Shown here in pieces: positions 50,829 through 64,000 of a stretch of 64,000 nt of DNA (its first letter is position 1; each line of letters opens with the position of its first letter). The position numbers and the translations under genes are program-made. Source of the DNA: Octopus sinensis (taxonomy: Eukaryota); NCBI RefSeq assembly GCF_006345805.1, contig NC_043008.1, forward strand, positions 3,100,001 through 3,164,000, in the 5' to 3' direction. The notes under the pieces are model-generated. The model made no database searches. It had not been told where the DNA came from and worked only from the letters and a program-made list of their open reading frames with translations.

Positions 50829-51419
50829 TATTTCAGAACGAAATAAGTTTTCACCCTGCAGTTACCATGATAAAAAATATCTAATCAGAACTCACGCCAT
50901 TGCCTTTTCACGAGATTTAAATTCATGGCGAAGTCCATTAGCATTGTTGTTAAATGATGTCCACCCACAATAATTGTATAGTATGTGGGCATCATATATG
51001 TGGCACTACATTTTGACCGTTCTTGTACAATTCTCTGTTACCTGTGTCTCTACAGCTTTAGCAAAACTACATATTTCTATGTTAATTTCAAAACCACTAT
51101 AATAACTCACCAAAAATTTTTTATCATATTTTCATAGCTTAGTTAGGTTCACCTCCAAATTTCAATTTATATATCTGTATTCGGTATTGTTTTTTCCTAT
51201 AGTTTAAATGTTATTATAATTTTTTTACACGTATCTCTGTCAATTTCCTGAATGACCTACAGCAGTCAAAAGCAATATGCTTATCATCTTGCAAAACCGT
51301 ATTTATTGTACGACATCTTAATACAAGTTTCTGAATAAATGAAACATTTGCTGAAAACTATTATTTCTTTTCTTTACAGAAATAAGTACATAAAAAATAA
51401 ACGGCATAAAGCATATTTT

Positions 51420-51447
51420 TAACATCATCATCATGATGAAGCTATTG

Positions 51448-51496
<49 letters not shown>

Positions 51497-51519
51497 TAAT
51501 AATGATAATAGTAATATTA

Positions 51520-51572
<53 letters not shown>

Positions 51573-51588
51573 AATAATAATAAAAATA

Positions 51589-51620
<32 letters not shown>

Positions 51621-51700
51621 AATGATAATAATAATAATAATGATGATGATGATAAGGATAATGATAATAATAATAGTAATAATAATAATAATAATAACAA
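51420..51700. repeat. Compound (AAT)n/(GAT)n array
   Basis: Visible directly. It explains the poly-I/M/H ORFs. Confidence 0.96.
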
Positions 51701-52100
51701 TATTGGCAACAACAAGAAATTGGGGAAAAAAACATGCTATTAAATCTAGAAACATAGCATTAAGCATAAAAATTTACAAGCGCAAATTGAATTTTGAAAG
51801 ATATTCGCATTTATCCTAATAACTAAATACATTTTCTTTTCTAACCTGCTTTTCTTAGAATTTTGATTTAACAAAGAACTTAGATGTTTTATATCAAAAA
51901 TGATGTTCTCTATAGAAAAGTGTTTGAAAGAAAATATTTGATGGAATTATGTACGTGTAAACACACTCACACGCTCATACACACACACACACACATGCAC
52001 ACACATACACACAAAAAACACACATAAAGGCATATGCATGAAAAAAGGTGTATATATATATACGCAAACATAAGCACGTATATAAATACCTATACGCATG

Positions 52101-52168
<68 letters not shown>

Positions 52169-52248
52169 CAGGCATACAGATATATATATATGGTTGTGTG
52201 TGTGTGTGTGAAGATATATATATACGTATATATATATATATGTATGTG

Positions 52249-52293
<45 letters not shown>

Positions 52294-53167
52294 TGTATGT
52301 ATGTATGTATACATACATATACATATATAGGTATATATGTAGGCATGTAAGTGCGTGTGTACGTTTCCAGCTACATGTATCAGCTACAACATGCATATCC
52401 ATTTACTATATTTCAATGTAGGATATGATTAAACACAGTTTTAAAAATAGCAGTTTCGAAGTTATTATTATATAATCTATTTGTTTAAACAAGATTATTT
52501 TATATTCGCACCACCCTATAATGGTTCCTGCTGCAAGTTCTATTTGAACTTACGTATGTGTGTGTACGAGTGTGTGCGCGACGTGTGTTAGTGTTTGTCT
52601 ATGTAGCTGTATAAGTGTATGCGTTTGTGTGTGTCTTAGTGTACGTGTGGGCTTGCGCGTGTTTGTATAATATTTTTCTTTGCAAATCTAAGGGAAAAAA
52701 ACACATAAACTTCAAACAAGATTCGTTCGTATTATCGACTGTTTGTTTTAGCTTAGAAATCATCTCCGTCGTCTGTGTCGTCTATTTTATTTCATTTTCT
52801 TTTCCCAATGTTTCTTTGAAATTCATCTTCGAGTAATTATTAATTTAATCGTTATTTTCATTGCAAAATATTAGCGGATTTGATAAGACAGTTCTCTTGT
52901 TTTAGTCACCAGCTAATGTCACGACTGAACATGAATTACTAGGAACATAGCAAGGAACGGGAATCCAGTATAGACATCTCACTGTCCTTCTCTCATAATT
53001 ATATAATTATACACAGATACGAAATCATATGCACGCATATATACATATATTTACAAAGACATATATAGACACACACACACACACTTGCATACTTACACAC
53101 ACACATGCCTTTACATATATATATGTCTATATCTGTATCTATGAATATAAGACCCCTTATATGTTCG

Positions 53168-53204
<37 letters not shown>

Positions 53205-53255
53205 TTGTGTGTGTAAGCATATATATACATACATATGCACACACACACATATATA

Positions 53256-53290
<35 letters not shown>

Positions 53291-53309
53291 GAAGACGAAG
53301 AGGTGGTTG

Positions 53310-53346
53310 GTAGATAGATAAATAGATAGATAGATAGATAGATGAG

Positions 53347-53402
<56 letters not shown>

Positions 53403-53441
53403 CAGATAGATAGATAGATAGATAGATGGGTAGATAGATAT

Positions 53442-53472
<31 letters not shown>

Positions 53473-53473
53473 T

Positions 53474-53507
<34 letters not shown>

Positions 53508-53510
53508 GGG

Positions 53511-53591
<81 letters not shown>

Positions 53592-53606
53592 GGGTAGATA
53601 GATACA
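53310..53606. repeat. (GATA)n array with a recurring gatgggta variant
   Basis: Visible directly. Confidence 0.96.
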
Positions 53607-53999
53607 TACATAGACGCGTCTCTAGATGTGAATAACTGCCATTATTTCATATCTCTTGTATGTGTGTGTGTGAGAGAGAGAGAGAATCTGCGTCTGAATT
53701 TGTGTGTGCACTCGTCAGTATAGATGTAGCTACATATATAATTATATATATATATATATATATATAAACGTATTTACTCATAAAAGCAATGTGTGACTGG
53801 ACGTTTAGATGCTATAACAGCCGTTTGATTTTCTTGAGCATTCATAGTCAATAGTAAAGATGTTATTGTAATTTTCCTTATTGTTTTCTATTATTGCCTT
53901 TAAGTTATTTCTTGTATTTATGGTTTCTGTTGCTGCTTATGTATTCATTTATTTATTTTACTTTATTTTATTTGCGTTCAAGCATTTTTTTTTTCGAAG

Positions 54000-54048
54000 G
54001 AAAGGAAAATCTTTCGTGAACGTGATATGAATACCGGCCGAACACATG
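54000..54048 (+). CDS. Candidate 49-nt exon (ERKIFRERDMNTGRTH), phase 0-1
   Basis: A long T-rich tract ends in tttttttttcgaag|, the donor is atg|gtaagc, and one frame is open. Confidence 0.38.
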
Positions 54049-54266
54049 GTAAGCTATGTCAGAGGTTTAAATATCTCCCTCTGCCCCTCGCAACCTTTCT
54101 GAAGGATTCATTAGATATCAATACATTTTTTTTATAATACTTTTTTACAGATGCCAATATATTAGTTGCCATTAACTCGTTTTAATCTTTAGCACTTCTA
54201 GGGTCGATTCGTGTTTCCCGTCATCTTATACAAACACATGCACGCATTCATATATATATATATATT

Positions 54267-54299
<33 letters not shown>

Positions 54300-54460
54300 A
54301 CATATATATGTATATGAGTATATATGCAAGTATGTTTGTATACATATATATGCGTATACATAAACACATGCATATACATATATACACATATGTATTCGTA
54401 TGTGTATGCTTGCATGTATTATATTAATGCTGTGTCTGCATATATATATGTATATATATA

Positions 54461-54514
<54 letters not shown>

Positions 54515-55187
54515 GAATATACACATGCAATTACTTATGGACATGTTTTTATATAAACATATGCATGTGTAAATCTGTGTGTGACTTAGGGTGTGTATGT
54601 ACGTGAATGTGCCTGTGTGTGCATGTGTATGTGTGCCTGTGTGTGTGTGTGTGTTCGCTTTAATGCTGGATCAGACAATGGAACAACTTAAAACATCGCT
54701 TGTACTTTAAAAGTATTGTGGATTTATTTTCTAAATACTGCGTGATTTTTCTCTAATATTCTGGACACTTTCTGTGAGTTAATCATTAAAAATATACTTA
54801 GACAACAGGTCCTTGCACTCTAGAATATTTGTACATGGTGTAGGTTGTATAGTCAAGTGTGCTGTAAATCTATGAATGGTTGTGTGTTTATACTTAATAT
54901 CTCATAAATACGAACACTTTTTCCCATTTGTTGTCTGGCTTTGCTATGAAGTAATATAAATAACAGGAATGGAATTTGCATGAGCTTAAAAATAAACTGT
55001 CAATATTCGTAACAGAACTTATCGATTACTATAGTTGTTTGTTTTAGATAACATTTCTCTGAAATAATTTCCTCTTTACAATATAAGGCCAATGAATGCT
55101 ATACAGTGCAATGTTTTTCGACACCAAATGACGAGACAATATTGTGCGACTTAACTAACACAAATCAACAGTCATTGATAAAGAACA

Positions 55188-55345
55188 GGCGTGTCTGTGT
55201 GGTTGCGAAGCTTATTTCCAAGCAAGAGACCTTGTGTTCGATCCAACTGCCAGTAACTGGAGGAGTGTCTTCTACAGTCGGCGACTAACCAAAGCTTTTC
55301 CAGTGAATTCAGTAGACGGAAACTCAAACAAGTTCGTCGTATATG
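55188..55345 (+). mobile_element. SINE family 1, 5' tRNA-like head
   Basis: ggcgtgtctgtgtggtt...gttcgatcc...gtgtcttctac...gtagacggaaact...cgtcgtata. Confidence 0.75.
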
Positions 55346-55346
55346 C

Positions 55347-55411
<65 letters not shown>

Positions 55412-55472
55412 TATATAAATACATACATACATACACTTATATATGTATATATGTATATATATCAATGAATAC

Positions 55473-55512
<40 letters not shown>

Positions 55513-55515
55513 TAT

Positions 55516-55591
<76 letters not shown>

Positions 55592-56411
55592 AGAATATCA
55601 CGAAAGGCCTGGTTGGAGACCCAACCTTCCGAGTTCTTTTACAGGGATGGGAAGACCTGAAGAAAAACTGCTATAAGTGAGTGAGTCTGAGATTGGAATA
55701 TGTTGGATAATATCATAATTAACTGATCCTCCTCTATTTTGTGTTTTGGTATCTCGTTTTTGTTCAACCATTGTGCTGAACGATTACGGTTGTTGTATTG
55801 GATCCATTCGATTCAAAAATTGTTCATTTTTGTGACCAGAAAGTAGCATAATGTTGCTGTTTCTGATTTTCATTTCGTTCATATGGAACCCACTTATCCA
55901 AATGTTTCTGCTTACTAATTTGAACTGAGTCAATGTTGTTTGCTTGCTAACACCAAACAACAGCAATAATTCACGGACACTTTGAGATGGATCTGACTCT
56001 ATATGGCTTTCAGTTCGTCATTATCCAACTTTGTTTCTGGTCGACCGCGTTGCTCATTTCTAAGTTCAAAATGAGCAGAAAGAAATTTTGCAAACCTATT
56101 TGATAGTGTCTGCTGTGTAAGAACATTAGAATGAAATACTCCATTAATATTCCGAGCTGTATGCGATGCTGTATTCCAAGAAACAACTCTAAGAAACTGT
56201 ACTAATTTCCGACATATCCATCTCTAAACAGAAGTATCAAAAAACGATATAAAAAAAACTTGATAAAGCGCAAAATGAGTTAGAATGAACGATAGTTGTG
56301 TTAGCTTTCTAACAAAAAATAAAGATTTTCAAAATATAATAATGGCGCAAAATCAGCCGCTGTCAAAGCTTACCATATACTTTACTACAAATTTCATACT
56401 TGACGACCTAA

Positions 56412-56444
<33 letters not shown>

Positions 56445-56445
56445 T

Positions 56446-56497
<52 letters not shown>

Positions 56498-56524
56498 TAT
56501 ATGTATATATATATATATATATAT

Positions 56525-56586
<62 letters not shown>

Positions 56587-56626
56587 GGATAGATAGATAG
56601 ATACATGCATACATATATATGACAAG

Positions 56627-56676
<50 letters not shown>

Positions 56677-56991
56677 ATATATATATAATGTATATATGTA
56701 TGTGAGTGCGTGTGTATGCACATTTAAATGCATGCATAATTATAGACACAAGACAAAGAGTGGTGTAACTAGTTAATGAAGTTTTGTCAACCATTTGCGT
56801 AGTAGAGAAATTCCGAGTATGCACGTTTTGTGTAATCTGATGCAACTACAATGGCCGGTCGTTTCCTGCTGCTTCGGAATCGCTGATATATATATATTTT
56901 TTTTAGTCGAGACACTTTCAGCTATTTTAAACTCCACTTATCCAAGCGACATAATTCAAAATTTCAGTTAGTACTTACAAAGCGTTCAATT

Positions 56992-57270
56992 CAGTACTTC
57001 TCAAAGTGAGCATTACTACCCCCTTAGTGGCGGTGCAAAAGTCCGAGGAGACGTTGAAGAAAAGTGGGTTGATAATGGGTTGGCCGAAGTGCGGTGATAG
57101 ATGTCGAAAAAATATTAATACGTTAAGTTTAAGTTTTATTTGTAAGATATAGTTGCTTTGGATTTTCTGCAGAAAGTGGTCTATATTTGTGGAGGAGAGT
57201 GTGAGGGAGTGCTAGGAATGATGTCCGGGGGCCAGGGGGGCAGCAGTCTGAAAATATTTGGGAACTAATG
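56992..57270. mobile_element. Probable hAT-type MITE
   Basis: Ends cagtacttctcaaagtg and tttgggaactaatg resemble hAT cagtggttc(t/c)caa TIRs. The 8-bp target duplication is not clear. Confidence 0.45.
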
Positions 57271-57886
57271 TTTTAAATTTTATGGTAGAACTGAAAGTTA
57301 AGAACGTCTTCAAATATTTACATCGATAAAATATAACCGTCTCAAAATTGAGTAATCGCTAGATATGTATAATCCCAGATACAGATTGCTCTGAAAGAAA
57401 TTAGGAGATTCTTGGGGGAGCTCCACTGATTTAAAAATTCTTTCATGAAGGATGGCCTCCGGATGTGATCCTACAACAAGTATGTTCACTCTTGTGTTTG
57501 TCTATGCCTATGTATGCGTATATAAATGCGTATATAAATAGTTTCATTCAAGAGAGTAGAAATGGCTGACGACTAGCATCACGTTTCAAAATCAAGAGTT
57601 GCAAAGAATTTGAATCAAACTCGTTTGATTCATATACGCAACTCCCAATAAATTGTTTCAGTGCCCTTCTTTCGTTTCTCCACTCATATATATATATATA
57701 TATAATATATATATATATATACATATATACATATATACATATATACACGCACACACACATATATATATACATATATACATATATACACGCACACACATAT
57801 ATATATATATATACTTATATATGTATTACGTATGTAAGTATGTATATATATAGATACAAATATGCGCACACACACTCACACACATT

Positions 57887-57926
<40 letters not shown>

Positions 57927-57944
57927 AATATATATATATATGTA

Positions 57945-58234
57945 TATATGTACGTATGCATGTATGTATGTATGTTTGTATGCATGCATGTAAGTCTGCA
58001 TGTATGTATCTATATATATATGTATGTATGTATGTATGCATGCATGTATGAATGTATGCATGTATGTATGTATGTATGTGTGCATGTATGTATGTATGAA
58101 TGTATGCATGTATGTATGTATGTATGTATGTATGTATGTATGTATGTATGTATGTATGTATGTATGTATGTATGTATGTATGTATGAATGTATGTATGTA
58201 TGTATGTATGTATGTATGTATATATGTATGTATG

Positions 58235-58266
<32 letters not shown>

Positions 58267-58447
58267 AATGTATGCATGTATGTATGTATGTATGTGTGCA
58301 TGTATGTATGTATGTATGTATGTATGTATATGTATGTATGTATGTATGTATGTATGCATGTATGTATGTATGTATGTATGTATGTATGTATGTATGTATG
58401 CATGTATGTATGTATGTATGTATGTATGTATGTATGTATGTATGTAT
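57945..58447. repeat. (TATG)n array, about 500 bp
   Basis: Visible directly. It explains the MYVC/HTYI ORFs. Confidence 0.97.
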
Positions 58448-61400
58448 GGAATGGTGCTAACCATGTAGAGTAGAAATATATTTCACTGATGATATAGTAG
58501 AATGGATTGTATGCAGAAGACTTTTATTGATTAATTTAGGGCCCAGTGTTTTTGTATTTATTTATCAATTTTATATATATAATTTTTTTTCATTTTCTTC
58601 TTTTTTTTAAAATCTCATCAGAAGCAGTGATGGAAAGTGAAAAAAAAATCGTACCATAAAAGAAAAAAAAATTAAAAGCAAAACAAAAAAACGTTATTTC
58701 CTAATATAGAAATCAGATATTTTGAACACAGAAAGACTATGAGATATAAATTACTTGAAAAGCCCTCTAGACTATTAATGTGAACTTTTGTTTTGATTGA
58801 TGAAATGTTTCATTTGGTTATTTATTGGTTTCTTCGAGAAAAACAACAACAGCAACAACATCAACGTGAATAACATCAACACGCGCAAGAACGAAAATAA
58901 ATAAAACCGATTCTATCATTATATAGCTTGTTGCGAAGTCAGAGGTGAATCTACATTTTATAGGCTTGATTACAATTTTTGTCATTTTGGTTTCATTTTA
59001 GACACATGTAACTTAATTACAACGAAAAGTTATCTGCGAATTCTTTGAAAACAGGAAAACATTCAAGAAACCATTATTTTCAACAATAATATAGATGTGC
59101 TTCGGTAAATTTTCTAGTGAAAAAATTATTTATTTTTATATACTTTTTTATCAAAAAGAATTGCAAATATTATCTTATACTTGGGAGTGAATAAGAATGT
59201 GGCAACGAAATAAATTTAAGGGGGCATCTGGAATGGTTATGCTATTTTATCTACTGATAAACGATCTCTCGTGAAAATAATGAGCTTTTTCTGTAATCCA
59301 ATCAGTGTTGAAACTTGATGCTTTTCTATCAAATGAGTTCTGCTAATCAAACATTCGGTGCCGTAAATAGGATTCAAGGATTTTTACTCATATTATATAG
59401 GGACGTAAGACTAAATATAGATTTCTTAAGCTTCTGTTAGAAATTTTTTAAGACTGTTTTAAAAACAAAAGCTATTTCGTAGATATCAAATTTGTCTTCT
59501 ATAATATATCATTCATATACGAATATCGGTGGTAATTTGATAAGACATAAAATCCGATGAAACAAATATATGATTACCTTATGAAAGTTTAGTAAGATAA
59601 AATGTGGAAGTGTTTAGGTATCAAGCTTCTTTCTAAAGAGGACTAAAGTTGTACGCTTTCAAAACGAATACCCTACGCCGTATAGTAAGATTCTATGAAT
59701 TGGTTCTCATATTTATTGTATTACAGTTAGATATGTATTACATAATTTTCTGTTAGAAATGTTTTGAAAATATTCAGGAAAATTTTGAATCATAAAGACA
59801 ATTTAATATATATGGAATTGTAATAAATCATTCAGAGATAAGAATCAACAGTAATCTGAAAACATGTAATGTTTGTGAAAAATTATGTTACTTGTATTTT
59901 GAGCGTTAAATAAATATTTTTAAAATGTGGAAATATCTATGTCCAGGTTTATATTTGGTGAGGCTTAAAACGGTTTCCTTAGAAACAGTTTAATTACAAG
60001 TATTTCTTTATCTTACAAACGTTACAAAATTATCAAACTACTGTCTTTGTTATTTGCCTCCAGCTTAAGGAGATTCAGTAAAGGGCGATAAATGATGCTA
60101 AATGTAATATGTATTTGTGCTTATGCCAGAGTGTGGAGGAGGCTATTATACAATATATTACTGCCGTTAGGACACAGACCTGGCTTTGGCATGCCTCTCT
60201 GTAGGTAAATATATTTCCGACACGGTCTCCATTTCGCAGATAATCTTTATATATTTTGTTTTCTTTATCCCTCTTTCCCACATCCTCTGGACTCTTTGCA
60301 CTCTGTTCATTCGTTGAATAAAATATATGAAGCTGAAATAACTCAAATACGTCTACCAAAACCCTAATGCAAGCGTTCCACATTCTCTGACCATGAGCAC
60401 AAATTACTTTCTAAGAACCCATTCGTCTGCTTTTCTTATAAGCATATCCAATCACATCTTCATATACTCACACATGTTGTTGATGTTTAGCGCCCTCTAT
60501 ATCAGTACTCGTCAGCTTTGTTATGCATCCCAAATATCTTGCTCATGTTACTTCTTTCTAGCTACTCCGCAAACGTTCCATCATCAATGATCAAATCTCT
60601 CAAAAATGCGTGTTTGTATGCGTGCTGTCGGTGTCGGTATGGGTGGCAGTGTGATATATATTATTTACGAGTGTTTTGTATATATACGTGTCTGTAAACA
60701 CATGCTTCGATGCACAGAGCATAACATTTTCTTTTTTGTCGAGATACACTCATTTATAATCAGAAATCACTTGCAGACATTTCTTTAATATATCTTAAAT
60801 TGAAAAGATGTTAAACTTTAGTTAATAATTTAAAAACCCACATATTGTACCTCAGCATTAACAGTTGCGTAAGAGTTTAACAAGCCTACGGCAGTTATTG
60901 TCATGTTGTAATCAAACTTTTCGTGTCTTACGAGGATTAATTCAGAAATTATCCATATGAAAAATGAGCAACCAATGGTTGTAAAGAATATTCGTGTCTT
61001 AATGTAATTAATTTCACAAGCATATACATATTGTTTGAAACATTTAAAATTAGTTTCGTGTAGTAAACTAATTTATTATTCTACCGTTTGATTCCAGTGT
61101 AATTAGTTACGACTTCCATTTGCTAAATTCTCACCAGCAAATCTATGCTTCTGCTTCTTTTATTAATAGTTTTCAAGTATCGATGACAAGCAAACAGATT
61201 AGATTCATAAAGTGGAATTGCTCAACTTTGGGAACTTCGTTACAAGTTACCTAGTTTTCCAAATGTTCATAGATACAACCTTAGGCTTTACTCCTTAATA
61301 ATTGTTATATTATACATATTAAATGTGTATAAAACTCAAAATACGAGAATACAACCTTTAATGTTTAAACTTGCTTTGAGTACAGTTATAAAAGATTTAC

Positions 61401-62795
61401 ACTGTGGGAATGCCCACCGCTTATGCCTTTTAATACTAATAACATCCACAGTCGCCGCAAATCGCCAGGTTATAGTCAAGACTACTAGTATTAATAAAAA
61501 TATTTGGTCGGGATTCACAACAGTATTCTATCACCGAGTGAAGTATGAATTTCAATACTATGATTCAATTACGTCGAAACCAACATTTGAAGAGAACACC
61601 TGAAGGATGTAATTGCACCGTTGTGTTCACCATAATTTGAACACAGGACATAAGGGAAGTGAAAAGCATGCCGCAGGTAATTTCGTCCGGTAGATATACT
61701 ATTTTGTCAAATTATCGAAGACACTTCTATTAAATGAATTGCTTATATTTCAAATGGACTCTACACAATCTTATTTTTCTCTTTTTTTTTTCTTTTTTCT
61801 CGTTTTGGGGGGAGGGTGTGGAAGTAAACAATAATACGATATTTTATTCTAATTATTCAAAGAAAAAAAAGAGAAGCATTCAATTATTCTGCTCAACACA
61901 TAGAATACCTACTTAAATTAGGAGAGACATCGGTTAAAGTTGCCTACAGTGCACTCTACAGGAGAAAAGAATGGAATAGTTTATCGTCAGACATGCTTTG
62001 ATCGTAGTTCAGTCCAATGTGATTAGGAGATAACATCATTAATCAATATGATAAAGATACTGACGTTGAAGTTTTTACACCGACCTAAGTCTGACGATTG
62101 AAAAGTAAATGTCATACTTAAGCGGCGATGCATTTACCGCAAAAGTTATCGTCGTGTTAATTAGAATTCCTGGAGTTGATTTAGCTTTGGCACCGAACAA
62201 AAGATGTCTAGACATGCTTCTTTTCTTGCACAACATGAGGCACCATTCTCGTCAATGTATTTAAATATCTGGGCGGCGTTTCCAACCTTTGAGATGCTTT
62301 CCATCACACTATAGACTGCTTCTCTCTTTGCTATTTTAGCACTGTATTTGCATTTATACAATTCAGAAGAAGTTGACAACAAACTGTACACAATAATTTA
62401 TATACAGAAACATCGACAGGCAACCACGCACAAAGACACGCTATCCATATATTTGTAATTATGTGTCTAGGAGTTACAATACACGGCAAATTTCAACAAT
62501 TAAAATTTTAGTCAACTCAGTCCATATAACAATAACGGGTCTACAACAAGCATTGATAATTCACCTATATCTGTTTGGTGGTATATATCACTTTATGTAT
62601 GAACAATTCTAACATTAACGTCAATATATATGAAATACAAAAGAAGGTAGAAAAATTTGTAATAGAATTTCGTGTCAGCTGCACACTGCATAGTCGTAAA
62701 AATTTACCATTTCACCAAGGCGATATTCTGTGTACAAACATACAAGCACACATGGACACATGCGCGCGCACAATCAAATAAAAACACAATATCTG

Positions 62796-62796
<1 letters not shown>

Positions 62797-62881
<85 letters not shown>

Positions 62882-62885
62882 TGTG

Positions 62886-62916
<31 letters not shown>

Positions 62917-62992
62917 TGTGTGTGTGTGAGTGTGAGTGTGTGTGTGTGTGAGTGGTGTGTGTGTGTGTGTGAGTGTGAGTGTGTGTGTGTGT

Positions 62993-63066
<74 letters not shown>

Positions 63067-63097
63067 TGTGTGTGTGTGAGTGTGTGAGTGTGTGTGT

Positions 63098-63128
<31 letters not shown>

Positions 63129-63135
63129 AGTGTGT

Positions 63136-63168
<33 letters not shown>
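62797..63168. repeat. (GT)n array with gagt interruptions, about 370 bp
   Basis: Visible directly. Confidence 0.97.
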
Positions 63169-63169
<1 letters not shown>

Positions 63170-64000
63170 TGTACAGAATATATAAGGTGTTTTCGTCAAC
63201 TGATGTAAGGTAACAGGTAAACCCGATTTGCTGTACCACTAAAACTCCGGTTTGAACTGCTCCTGAGAGTGTAAGGCGGAGACTGAGGACCAGAGGCGGA
63301 TGGAAGTCGTTTGTTTTTGAGCAGGAAGACAAAGATTAAAATGAGAATGAAGAAGCAAAACGTTTGGTGTCACTTGAAATATATATGTACACATAAATAT
63401 TTGTGTATATACATATATACACAAACCTACACACACATACAAATAAAAAGAGATATCGGAAGTGATTAGTTCCTCTCAGAATCTCATTCTCTTAGCAATG
63501 ACAAATTTACGTTCTTTTTTTTTTTTGATTGTCATCGAAAAAGGTAAGGACTTCTCCAGATTATCAATAGCTTATATTCTGCCTACACAATTTGAATTAT
63601 GACGTGATCTCTCCGTTCAAAATCATGCCGCAACATAAAAAATATAAAGTCGGAACAGACATTTCGGCTTGTCTATGAGAAAATTCCCTGGACACTCTAT
63701 TTTTCAAAATAATAAATATTTATAGTTTGCTTTTCTTTAAAGCAATGTTATTTCATTTCGCATGAACTAAAAAAAATTGCATTTTATTCAAATTAAAAAG
63801 CTATAAAACGACAAAGATCAATCTTGTCTATGTTTTCGATCGGAACTTCTAAAGTCTCCGAAGCCTGGGAAAATGACGAGACCGAAAAGATTACCATTTC
63901 AAATCAACCAGAGTTAATTGCATCTGCAACATTACATCATCCTTCAAATTCTTCAACCTCTCATGTTACGTAACCTATAGAACCTCATGTTTTTCCCAGA

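Noticed and set aside
63498-63543. MTNLRSFFFLIVIEK followed by a consensus donor aag|gtaagg, like a signal-peptide exon
   Set aside because: The hydrophobicity comes from a poly-T run, the core is short, and no downstream exon is visible in the window.

Overview
Eukaryotic, very AT-rich, microsatellite-dense and mostly non-coding DNA. The SINE families and repeat landscape point to an octopod cephalopod (inference from recognised repeats, not a database match). Most of the supplied ORF track is microsatellite artefact (YI/HT/CV/ML repeats). The only long credible ORF is the reverse transcriptase of a 5'-truncated CR1-type LINE (about 28042-29833, +, TAAC tail). The window also holds several decayed Tc1/mariner-superfamily transposons, a Helitron-like non-autonomous element, a probable hAT MITE and about 13 copies of three tRNA-derived SINE families. 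The most notable observation is a set of short non-coding elements, several of them palindromic, embedded in (TA)n/(TATG)n microsatellites. They carry type-I hammerhead ribozyme motifs (CUGANGA...GAAA...NUH, mostly with pairing stems I-III). Seven motifs occur in five unrelated sequence families, and one 140-bp near-perfect palindrome has a hammerhead on each strand. They resemble non-autonomous Penelope-like/retrozyme-type elements. Short exon-like islands with good splice sites occur on both strands and can be chained in frame, but I could not identify the protein and these gene models are tentative.
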